From the IMG/VR virus record IMGVR_UViG_3300045988_081280: a stretch of DNA of 43,188 bases. One strand, written 5' to 3'. The position numbers and the translations under genes are program-made. Shown in pieces: positions 26,615 through 34,343 of this stretch. Position 1 is the first letter of the stretch. Every line of letters starts with the position of its first letter. Below the pieces are notes generated by a model. It was given only the letters and a program-made list of their open reading frames with translations. It had not been told where the DNA came from and did no database searches. The stretch is from a virus.

Positions 26615-27937
26615 ATGGGACTTATTATCGGCGTAGGCAATAACAAGCCTACATTTCCCTATACGCAATACTACGGCGTTGAGAAGGACCTGAGCGTCGC
26701 CGGGACTTCTTGCAAGCGTATAGGTTTGGAGGAATTGCACAGGCAGCTGCCGATCCAGAGCAAAATGCGGCGTTGCTTGCTTCCGGACAACGGCAAAGTA
26801 TCGCAATACCTTCACGCGGCTAACAGCGACCTGACGGACACAGGAATGGCCGCAGACCTTACCGGAGCCAGCGGACAGAGTATGGTGGAAATTCCAGATT
26901 ATTACGCAAAATTCGAGCTTGAAGGCACGATTTTCCGCGCCCTTTTCAGCGAATACCCGCTGCCAGGCTTCCACCTCATCCCCAAACATTACATATCAGC
27001 CTGGGAGGCTACTATGGACCGCACGACGCAGACGCTTGCGAGCGTTGTAAACACTACGGCACAGTACCGAGGCGGAGGAAACAACGCCGCACGAGACGAC
27101 GCGGAGAATACCGACCTGGGCAAACCAGCCACAGCCATCAGCCTGACGAATTTCAGGGCATACGCAGCCAAACGCGGAGAGGGCTGGTCCAATTACTTGT
27201 ATAGCGCGCATAAATCGCTCTATTGGCTTTACGTTTGCGAATACGCAGACTTTAACTGCCAACTTGCATATAATTCGGATCTTGACGCTACCGGCTTCCA
27301 CCAGGGCGGCCTGGGCCCAGGCGTTACGACTTTGGAAAGCAATAAATGGTCGGCTTTCAACGGTTATTACCCGGTTATCCCTTGCGGCGTTACGCGCAGC
27401 CTCGGCAACAGTACGGGCGTAGTTCAGTACAATATGCCGGCAAGCTACGACGCAGCCGGAAAGGTTGTGGAAGTACCGAGCTACAGGGGAGTTGAAAACC
27501 CATTCGGCCACATTTGGAAATGGGTGGACGGCATCCTGTGCAACGTTCAGAGCGAAGCAGCAGGAGGAAAATCCATCGTTTACACTTCGCCGGAGTTTGA
27601 CCCCGATAAATTGGCTTCAGCCATTACCGCAGACTTTACAGCACGCGGAGAATTGCCGCGTACAAGTGGCTACGTAAAGGAGTTCATTCTGGGCGAATAC
27701 GGGGAGATTATGCCGAAAACGTTAGGAGGATCTACCAACACCTATGTAGGCGACTACTTCTATACCAACATACCGGCGGACGGAGAGGCTACGCGCGGGG
27801 TTTTGTTCGGCGGTCATTCGTACCGCGGTGCGGGTGCCGGCTTTGCGTGTGCGGACACGAACAACGCGCCTTCGAATACGGGTGCGAACTTCGGCTCCCG
27901 GCTTTGCTTCACGCCAAAACGCGAAGCCACGAATTAA
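26615..27937 (+). CDS. DGR target protein: putative receptor-binding tail fibre with a C-terminal FGE/C-type-lectin-like variable domain
   Basis: ENPFGHIWKWVDG resembles the GNVWEW motif. The C-terminus RGVLFGGHSYRGAGAGFACADTNNAPSNTGANFGSRLCF is encoded by VR1. Confidence 0.9.
   Translation: MGLIIGVGNNKPTFPYTQYYGVEKDLSVAGTSCKRIGLEELHRQLPIQSKMRRCLLPDNGKVSQYLHAANSDLTDTGMAADLTGASGQSMVEIPDYYAKFELEGTIFRALFSEYPLPGFHLIPKHYISAWEATMDRTTQTLASVVNTTAQYRGGGNNAARDDAENTDLGKPATAISLTNFRAYAAKRGEGWSNYLYSAHKSLYWLYVCEYADFNCQLAYNSDLDATGFHQGGLGPGVTTLESNKWSAFNGYYPVIPCGVTRSLGNSTGVVQYNMPASYDAAGKVVEVPSYRGVENPFGHIWKWVDGILCNVQSEAAGGKSIVYTSPEFDPDKLASAITADFTARGELPRTSGYVKEFILGEYGEIMPKTLGGSTNTYVGDYFYTNIPADGEATRGVLFGGHSYRGAGAGFACADTNNAPSNTGANFGSRLCFTPKREATN
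27795..27913 (+). repeat. DGR variable repeat VR1 (119 nt) including the 3' IMH ggctcccggctttgcttc
   Basis: Aligns without gaps to the TR at 28371..28489. Of 16 differences, 15 fall at TR adenines. Confidence 0.92.
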
Positions 27938-27947
27938 CGAAAACACG

Positions 27948-27987
27948 GCCACCAGGCCGCGCCAGATATTCTGGCCTGGTGGCTTTT
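27948..27987 (+). terminator. GC-rich hairpin plus T-run downstream of VR1 (terminator and/or DGR target-recognition hairpin)
   Basis: gccaccaggcc (27948..27958) pairs with ggcctggtggc (27973..27983), followed by tttt. Confidence 0.65.
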
Positions 27988-28013
27988 GTTCAACTTTTTT
28001 AACAGGATAATAG

Positions 28014-28346
28014 ATGACACAGACGGACGACGGAAGCCTGGCTTTCTTGAAGATTGCACCGGATCCGGAAAACAAACATTTCAACTGCAGCGAGACGACG
28101 CAGCAGAAGCTCGTAAATACTTCTTTCTGGGTTATTGACTACATAGAAAACGTAAAGACGAAATTCGGGGAAAGCCGTTTCCTGATTAAGGTCAAACCGG
28201 AGAAAGACAGCCCGGAGAGCGAGGCACGCAAATTTTTCAGTAATTCGGCAGAAATAAAGTATGTGCTGAAGAAGATAAGGGAGCTTAACGCCTTCCCGCG
28301 CAGGGTAACACTCAGAGCGTCCGGAACGCGCTATTATTTTGAGTAG
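28014..28346 (+). CDS. Candidate DGR accessory protein (positional call; not obviously Avd-like)
   Basis: 110-aa ORF between the target gene and the TR. The sequence (FWVIDYIENVKTKFGESRFLIKVK) looks beta-rich rather than like a four-helix bundle. Confidence 0.55.
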   Translation: MTQTDDGSLAFLKIAPDPENKHFNCSETTQQKLVNTSFWVIDYIENVKTKFGESRFLIKVKPEKDSPESEARKFFSNSAEIKYVLKKIRELNAFPRRVTLRASGTRYYFE

Positions 28347-28370
28347 ATAATAAAAAGGCTGTTCCTTCCT

Positions 28371-28489
28371 GCGGGGTTTTGTTCGGCGGTAATTCGAACA
28401 ACGGTGCGAATGCCGGCTTTGCGTATGCGAACACGAACAACGCGCCTTCGAATACGAATGCGAACATCGGCTCCCGGAATTGTAACACG
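28371..28489 (+). repeat. DGR template repeat (TR, 119 nt)
   Basis: Intergenic and contains 29 adenines. In the VR frame it reads G V L F G G N S N N G A N A G F A Y A N T N N A P S N T N A N I G S R N C N T, which is rich in AAY codons. Confidence 0.92.
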
Positions 28490-28642
28490 TTAAAATAACA
28501 GGCCTACGGACATACAGGAGAGACAGAGGAGAGAGAGTCCGGAAGCCAGGAAGGAAGGCCCTGCCACTCGGCAAAAAATAAAGTTCATAAACAGGGGGAC
28601 CGGTAGGCAATAGGCCGACAGCCACCCAACGTGAAGCAAAGC

Positions 28643-29746
28643 ATGAAGCGATATAATAACCTTTTCGAGAAAATTTGCGACTTTGATAATCTGAAACTTG
28701 CCGCCGCCAACGCAAGCGCAGGCAAGGCGCAGAGGCAAGCCGTAAAGACGTTTTATGCCAACGAAACGGAGAACCTTCAGACTTTGCGCGAAAGCTTGCT
28801 TAACGGCACTTTCAAACCCAGCAAATACAAACAGTATGAGATAGAAGAAAACGCCTCCCGCAAGGCCAGCAAAAAGCGCATAATTTCAGAGCTTCCCTTT
28901 TCCCCGGACCAGATACTGCAGCACGCGGTCAAGCAGGTTTTAGGGCCTATTTTCGAAGCCACATTTACGGCGGACACGTACTGCTGTATTAAAGGCCGGG
29001 GCATACACCTATGCGCCACGAAGATACAGAAGGCCTTGAAGGAGGACCCGGAGGGCACGAAATACTGCTTTAAGGGAGATATCCGGCACTTTTACCAGGA
29101 AATAGACCACGCCATCCTGAAGGACGGAATAAGGACTAAAATAAAGGATAAAAGGACGCTTGACCTTTTGGACCTTCTTATCAGCGCTTCAGACGAGGAC
29201 CCGGTCCTCATCAAGAAGGGAAAGAACGGGAGGATGCTGAAGGCAGAGAAAACGCCGGGCAAATCCATACCGATAGGCAATTTTACGTCCCCATTCTACG
29301 CAAATATTTACCTAAACAAGCTGGACCATTTTATAAAGGAGGTCCTGAAGGTAAAGTATTACTACAGATACGCGGACGATATAACAATTTTTGCAAGTTC
29401 AAAGGAAGAATTACACCGCATACAAAAGGCTATCTACGAATTTCTTGCAGGCTTGAAGCTTCAGCTTAAAAGTAATTGGCAGATTTTCCCGGTAGAGGCA
29501 CGCGGGGTGGACTTCCTGGGCTACGTATTTTTTCACGGTTACACCCTTTTACGCGAGAGCATAAAGCGCAACTTCTGCCGCCGTATTGCAAAGCTTAACA
29601 AGCGTGTGGGGCTTACGGAAGCGGAATTTAAGAGGGAGACCGGCTCATGGTGGGGATGGGCGAAATATTGCGATAGCCGCCATTTAATACAAACCATTAA
29701 CAAAAGATCCAAGTATGAAATCAAATTCAAACGAAAGGCCGCCTAA
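28643..29746 (+). CDS. DGR reverse transcriptase
   Basis: Contains YRYADDITIF (YADD catalytic box) and the IPIGNFTSPFYANIYL motif. N-terminus MKRYNNLFEKI. It begins about 150 nt downstream of the TR. The ORF track starts it at the GTG at 28631. Confidence 0.92.
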   Translation: MKRYNNLFEKICDFDNLKLAAANASAGKAQRQAVKTFYANETENLQTLRESLLNGTFKPSKYKQYEIEENASRKASKKRIISELPFSPDQILQHAVKQVLGPIFEATFTADTYCCIKGRGIHLCATKIQKALKEDPEGTKYCFKGDIRHFYQEIDHAILKDGIRTKIKDKRTLDLLDLLISASDEDPVLIKKGKNGRMLKAEKTPGKSIPIGNFTSPFYANIYLNKLDHFIKEVLKVKYYYRYADDITIFASSKEELHRIQKAIYEFLAGLKLQLKSNWQIFPVEARGVDFLGYVFFHGYTLLRESIKRNFCRRIAKLNKRVGLTEAEFKRETGSWWGWAKYCDSRHLIQTINKRSKYEIKFKRKAA

Positions 29747-30077
29747 GGTTCAGCCATTGGGTGGTGGCCGCTATTACTACAACTTCCACGTAGAGGAAGT
29801 AGAGAGGACGGAGCAGGGCCCGGACGGAGTACAGGAGTCCCGCCGGTGCTTCGACTACGAAAGCGTACTTATTGCCGGAACGCCGACTTACCGCAAGGTC
29901 GTAGAAGCCAGGATCCGCGACAGGTACACAGCTACGCAAGAGTTTGACCTGATTAACAGCTACAACGCAGCCGTCATCGCAGGGGACGACGCAAGCCCGG
30001 AAATTGAGAATTACAAAGCTTACCTTTCCGAGCTTCAGACCATCAAGGCGGAAGTAGCCCAGGACTTCGAAAAGTAG
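29715..30077 (+). CDS. Hypothetical protein
   Basis: 120-aa ORF overlapping the 3' end of the RT gene by 32 nt. Confidence 0.5.
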   Translation: MKSNSNERPPKVQPLGGGRYYYNFHVEEVERTEQGPDGVQESRRCFDYESVLIAGTPTYRKVVEARIRDRYTATQEFDLINSYNAAVIAGDDASPEIENYKAYLSELQTIKAEVAQDFEK

Positions 30078-30089
30078 GAGGGCCCGGCT

Positions 30090-30587
30090 ATGCTTGCACA
30101 CATAATCCCCCACGTTATTACGCAGCTGGTTTTATTGTTCGTAATATACATCCTGGTGGCCGTTGCGATATTCCTGGACCTTTGGGCGGGAGTACGCAAG
30201 GCAAAGGCTCGCGGCGAATTTCGCAGCTCTACAGGCTTGCGCAAGACCGTAGCAAAATTTTGCAGTTACTATAATATGCTTCTTTCTATTACGGTAATTG
30301 ACATTTTGCAGATGTTGGTGGTCGGCCTTCTTGACTTCGAATATGGCTATACGGTACCGGTTATCCCGATTATAACAGCCGCCGGTGCTTGCTTTATAGG
30401 GTTCATAGAGGTAAAGTCCATCTTTGAGAAGAACGCAGACAAAGAGCGGGCGAAGGTTCAGGCTGCAGCAAACGACCTTCAGAAGCTCATCAAGGATGAC
30501 GGAGCGAAGGACATCTTAAGCGCCGCGCTTGCGATAATTCAGGACAACAGGCCGAAGGAGGGCCAGCAGGATGGAACTAACACTTAA
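30090..30587 (+). CDS. Holin
   Basis: Has three or more hydrophobic helices (VLLFVIYILVAVAIFLDLW, MLLSITVIDILQMLVV, VIPIITAAGACFIGFI) and a charged C-terminus. It lies upstream of the lysin gene. Confidence 0.7.
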   Translation: MLAHIIPHVITQLVLLFVIYILVAVAIFLDLWAGVRKAKARGEFRSSTGLRKTVAKFCSYYNMLLSITVIDILQMLVVGLLDFEYGYTVPVIPIITAAGACFIGFIEVKSIFEKNADKERAKVQAAANDLQKLIKDDGAKDILSAALAIIQDNRPKEGQQDGTNT

Positions 30588-30999
30588 ACGCCGCTATTTG
30601 GGCGGATCCTACACGATTGGAAGCCTTCTGATAAACGGGGCCTATTTCTGCGACACGTTGGAGGACACCGTAAGGGATGTAAACCGAAACGGCAAATTTG
30701 ACGGACAGGAGACGAAAGTGGCCGGACAGACGGCCATCCCTTACGGAAGCTTCAGGGTGATCGTAACCAGGTCGCCACGCTTCAAGCGCGAGCTGCCGCG
30801 CCTTTGCGACGTTCCGAGCTTCGAAGGCGTACTTATCCACCGAGGCAACACCGACGCGGACACATCAGGCTGCATCCTGGTAGGAGAGAACAAGGCGAAA
30901 GGCAAGGTCCTCAATTCGACAAAATACGAGCTTGAGCTGACCAGGCGATGCAAGGCCGCCATAGCAGCGGGCGAGAAAATAACAATTACCGTAGTATGA
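30571..30999 (+). CDS. Putative endolysin / peptidoglycan peptidase (DUF5675-like)
   Basis: TAIPYGSF...VLIHRGNTDADTSGCILVG resembles an H/C-type catalytic signature. The gene lies between the holin and spanin-like genes. Confidence 0.6.
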   Translation: MELTLKRRYLGGSYTIGSLLINGAYFCDTLEDTVRDVNRNGKFDGQETKVAGQTAIPYGSFRVIVTRSPRFKRELPRLCDVPSFEGVLIHRGNTDADTSGCILVGENKAKGKVLNSTKYELELTRRCKAAIAAGEKITITVV

Positions 31000-31562
31000 G
31001 AACGAAGCTAATATTATCCTTCTTAACTCTTGCTTTTCTTGTTTCAGGAGGTTGCGGCACACCGGCAAAGGTGGCCAGCACCAACGACAAGCAGGAAAGC
31101 TGGGCGCGAACTATTGAGAGCGCGGCGAATTGCGACATCCTGCTGCAGCTGGACACCAGCAAGCACGACGTTACGGAAATAACCCTTACGCGGCGCGAGT
31201 ATTACCCGCCGCAATGTGGGGAGGGCGACAGTCGGGACAGCGTTAAAGCCGGGGAACCAGGAAAAGCAGCAGCACCGTCCGCAAGGCTCAAAAGCGAGGA
31301 GATAGTGACGATCCGGAAGGATAAGGAACAAAAGGGCATCCGGCAGGAACTTACTACGAAAGACACGACAACGACAATCAGAGACAGCACGCGGATGACA
31401 GAGGCAAGCACATACAACAGCGAGCCGACGAAGGATCCACAGCGCTACAGATATATTTTTTACATAATTGTTGCCGTTGCTATTATAGGCCTTGCGCTTT
31501 TCCTATATTTCAAGCGCAGCGGCATATTAACACGACTTACATCCCTTTTCCGAGGTTTGTAA
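30996..31562 (+). CDS. Lipoprotein with a C-terminal transmembrane helix (candidate unimolecular spanin)
   Basis: The ATGA overlap gives MRTKLILSFLTLAFLVSGGC, a signal peptide with a lipobox. A C-terminal YIFYIIVAVAIIGLALFLYF segment is hydrophobic. Confidence 0.6.
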   Translation: MRTKLILSFLTLAFLVSGGCGTPAKVASTNDKQESWARTIESAANCDILLQLDTSKHDVTEITLTRREYYPPQCGEGDSRDSVKAGEPGKAAAPSARLKSEEIVTIRKDKEQKGIRQELTTKDTTTTIRDSTRMTEASTYNSEPTKDPQRYRYIFYIIVAVAIIGLALFLYFKRSGILTRLTSLFRGL

Positions 31563-31581
31563 ATTTGCCTAATTCAGACAG

Positions 31582-31613
31582 GCGGGCCGGGTGCGAACTC
31601 CGCCCGCTTTTTT
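31582..31613 (+). terminator. Intrinsic terminator ending the late/lysis operon
   Basis: gcgggc pairs with gcccgc, followed by tttttt. Confidence 0.7.
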
Positions 31614-31619
31614 GTTTGA

Positions 31620-31865
31620 GGGGACGAAAAAACCCGATTTTTTCGCCTTTTCGGGTCCAAAATCGGGTCTTTAATTTTTAACTCCTTGACTATTAGCAAG
31701 GGATTGCGGTGAGAGGGGTATGCGAACCGGAGAACCCGTGGAAGCTCATAAAGTACCAAAAAGCCATTTTGCAGGCGCTTAAGGCCGAATTTCCGAAGGC
31801 TTGAATTTCGCGGGGTTCCTTGAAATTCCACGACGCACACCAAAAACCGGGTCAAAAAACGGGTC
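31620..31865. other. Candidate attP region
   Basis: About 250 bp of non-coding sequence next to the 3' end of int. It is bracketed by two CGGGTC-N6-CGGGTC direct-repeat pairs (31652..31669 and 31848..31865). Confidence 0.4.
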
Positions 31866-33207
31866 ACATACCGGGCCCATCTTCCGGGCCGCTTTCGTAA
31901 TTGTCAAATTTTGACATTTCCTGAGCCTTGAGCGAATCAACGATTTTCGTGTAGGGCTTCATAGCCTTGTGGTCAGAGTGGCCGGTCCAGGACATAACGA
32001 CATCGGACGGAATACCCAGGCGCAGGGCATTGACGACGAAGGTACGACGCGCGGCGTGCGTTGAGAGTACCGACCATTTCGGCACCGTTTCCTCGTAGCG
32101 TTGGGAGCCGACGAAATAGACGATCCGGTGCGGAGTATTGAAGCCGCAGAGCTTACCGATGACTTTAAGCTGTTCGTTCATTTTCTGGTTTGAGATAACA
32201 GGCAGGGCCCTCCCGTCCTCAAATTCAAAATCCTTGTATTTTTCGAGGATAGCGCGGCTGTAGCGGTTCAGTTCGATACGCAGGGGCTCCGCCGTTTTCT
32301 GGGTTACGACATAGAGGAAATCCCCACGGATATCAGAGCGCCGGAGCTTCGCAAGATCCGAGTAGCGGAGGGAGGTAAAGCAGCAGAAGCAGAAGGCATC
32401 CCGGATGGGGCCGAGGTACGGGGCGCGCTTCTTTGGAAATTCGAACCGGTACAGGGCCATAAGTTCCTCCCATTCCAAATATATTATTTCCTTCAGGGCA
32501 CCGTCCCCGCCCTTAAACTTCGGGCGCCAGGTAAGCTCCAGCCGGCTGGGGTTGTAGCCTTCCTTAGCCGCCCAGCGGAGGAACTCCCGAATATAGGCGA
32601 CATATTTAGACGCGGTCGTGTTCCGGATCCCGGCGCGGCGCATATATTCCAGGAAGGAGGAAAGGTGCGCTTCCTTGAGTTGAGAAAACGGCGGGAAATT
32701 CACGCCGGAGGCTTTCAGGTGCTTTTTTATAGTAGCATACTTCACGAAGGTATCGTCGCTCCATTCGTTGCAGACGCTTACGCTTTTGACGAACAGGTCG
32801 AACACTTCGAAGAAGCCGGGCTCCTTGTTTTTGGAGGACGCGCCGAGCGTTTCCAGGACCTTAGCGGAGACGGGCCCGTCCTGGGCCAGAAAGGCGGCAA
32901 ATTCGGCACGGAGTTCGGCGGCGGTAGGATAACGCGCCTCCAGGAACGCGAACTTATTAAAGGCCTTTTCTATGGCCGCAAGCGAATCGCTTATTTTGCC
33001 GTTCAGGGTACCGGCCCCCTGGCCGTAGGGGTTCAGGGTGTTAGGCTTGACGCGGCACGCTTCCCTGTCCCATTTTTCAGGCTCCACGACGATACCGGGG
33101 AACAGGGCGCAGCGCTCCCCGTTCCAGCTTACGCGCAGACGGACGGAGGCGGGAGCAGAGGACCCGCCGGAACGCAGGTGCAGGTCTATTTTAACGCTAT
33201 GCTTCAT
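31864..33207 (-). CDS. int: Tyrosine integrase (Bacteroidales phage/CTn type)
   Basis: Catalytic-type motifs SLRYSD, HAARRTF and GHSDHKAMKPYTKI are present. The start is set at MKHSVKIDL (ATGA overlap with the upstream gene); the longer ORF reaches 33243. Confidence 0.9.
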   Translation of the reverse strand: MKHSVKIDLHLRSGGSSAPASVRLRVSWNGERCALFPGIVVEPEKWDREACRVKPNTLNPYGQGAGTLNGKISDSLAAIEKAFNKFAFLEARYPTAAELRAEFAAFLAQDGPVSAKVLETLGASSKNKEPGFFEVFDLFVKSVSVCNEWSDDTFVKYATIKKHLKASGVNFPPFSQLKEAHLSSFLEYMRRAGIRNTTASKYVAYIREFLRWAAKEGYNPSRLELTWRPKFKGGDGALKEIIYLEWEELMALYRFEFPKKRAPYLGPIRDAFCFCCFTSLRYSDLAKLRRSDIRGDFLYVVTQKTAEPLRIELNRYSRAILEKYKDFEFEDGRALPVISNQKMNEQLKVIGKLCGFNTPHRIVYFVGSQRYEETVPKWSVLSTHAARRTFVVNALRLGIPSDVVMSWTGHSDHKAMKPYTKIVDSLKAQEMSKFDNYESGPEDGPGM

Positions 33208-33500
33208 CTTGTAAAGGCGCGGCCCTTCCCGGTATAGAGCCACCGGGCCGAAACCGAATAACGGGTTATAAGGTAGTAAATGGCCTCCGTTTCAACGTAG
33301 GTGTAGCGGCTTACACCATCCGGAGCGGCGCAAGGGCCGTACTTCAGGCGAAGCTCCCTGTAACGCGGAGCTGAAAGGCCGTTTTCCTCACAGAAGCCGG
33401 AGAGGGACGGCAGGCGGCCCAGCTGCTCAAGGGTTGCGACAGCTTCGAAAAAGCGGCGGTTCAGCGCTTCCTGAATTGGGGTTATTTTCTTGCTCAGCAT
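33204..33500 (-). CDS. CI-type HTH protein (possible excisionase or regulator)
   Basis: Ends in ARWLYTGKGRAF, resembling the phage CI HTH family signature EWLLTGxG. It lies directly upstream of int. Confidence 0.55.
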   Translation of the reverse strand: MLSKKITPIQEALNRRFFEAVATLEQLGRLPSLSGFCEENGLSAPRYRELRLKYGPCAAPDGVSRYTYVETEAIYYLITRYSVSARWLYTGKGRAFTR

Positions 33501-33667
33501 AGGCCCGCGCTTTGTTTGAATTTCAGGAAGGAGTCCTCCGGCACGGAGGCAGTAAGGGAGCCCGCAAGGAAGGCGGCCTCCAGAGCGTCGAACATTTCAG
33601 GAGGCATAAACGGAAGGAAGGCGCTTTTAAGGTAGTATTCCTTCACGGGTATTTCAACGGTTTGCAT
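33494..33667 (-). CDS. Small hypothetical ORF (57 aa), below the ORF-track length cutoff
   Basis: Translated by hand as MQTVEIPVKEYYLKSAF...KQSAGLC. Its stop overlaps the next start (ATGCTGA). Confidence 0.35.
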   Translation of the reverse strand: MQTVEIPVKEYYLKSAFLPFMPPEMFDALEAAFLAGSLTASVPEDSFLKFKQSAGLC

Positions 33668-33859
33668 AAAAAGGCAGTTATTTTATCAAGATTTCGCGCG
33701 TGTCGCGTTTTCTTTTCAAAGTGGAGTAATTACACGTTTTGCAGTTTTGCGCTTAAAATAGGGGCATTTGTGCGCGTTTTTCCGTATCAGCGTAAGACGG
33801 AGGCTATAAAATGGCTTGATTTGTTCCTGTGTTTATATAGGTGTAATAAGTTCAGCTTA

Positions 33860-34333
33860 TCAGACAGCCCCGCCGCTTGAGGAACGGGCAAGCATACCCG
33901 AAGGGACATCCAGGCGGGCGGCCATTTTTTTAGCTTCGTTCAGGCTATCCTCCAGCAGGGAGATAACGCGGTCCATTTGCGCGTCCTTCCGTTCCAGGGA
34001 GTCCGCCTGCTTCTTGATTACTTCCCACGCTTCAGATGGCAGAACTACGACGGATCCGCCCGGAACTTCAGACGGAACCGGCGACGCTTCCGGAGATTGA
34101 GGATCCACAGAGGAAACAGAATCCGGAGAATTTAGCATTTCGCCGCGTCCTGTTAAAAGCCATTCCCGCGATAATTCCGGAAACGCTTTTAGAATATCCT
34201 CGCATTTTTCAGGGCTCGGACTTCCTTTGACTTTCGAAATATACCCATTCCCCAGGCCTGCGCGTTTTTCGAAGGTTGAATTTTTCAAACCTTGCGTTTT
34301 TATAAATTCTTTAAGTCGTTCAATAATAGCCAT
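33860..34333 (-). CDS. CI-like repressor
   Basis: N-terminal HTH with LSREWLLTGRGEML, then a Ser/Pro linker and a helical C-terminal domain. It is divergent from the early operon. Confidence 0.8.
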   Translation of the reverse strand: MAIIERLKEFIKTQGLKNSTFEKRAGLGNGYISKVKGSPSPEKCEDILKAFPELSREWLLTGRGEMLNSPDSVSSVDPQSPEASPVPSEVPGGSVVVLPSEAWEVIKKQADSLERKDAQMDRVISLLEDSLNEAKKMAARLDVPSGMLARSSSGGAV

Positions 34334-34343
34334 TTATAAACAC

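Noticed and set aside
28514-28560. Purine-rich tract between TR and RT as a separate element (polypurine-tract-like primer site)
   Set aside because: I could not support any specific function from the sequence alone. It is noted only as part of the DGR RNA spacer.
31560-31567. TAAATTTG box at the spanin gene stop codon as a promoter
   Set aside because: It is followed immediately by the terminator hairpin and the attP-like region, with no downstream + strand gene. It is probably a coincidental match that includes the TAA stop.
31574-31867. 97-aa minus-strand ORF between the terminator and int
   Set aside because: It spans the terminator hairpin and the CGGGTC repeats of the putative attP. 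Its composition is not coding-like.
33512-34100. + strand ORFs 33512..33880 and 33816..34100 in the lysogeny module
   Set aside because: They are antisense to the small minus-strand ORF and the repressor gene and cross the regulatory block. There are no motifs. + strand transcription here is considered only as a possible antisense RNA.
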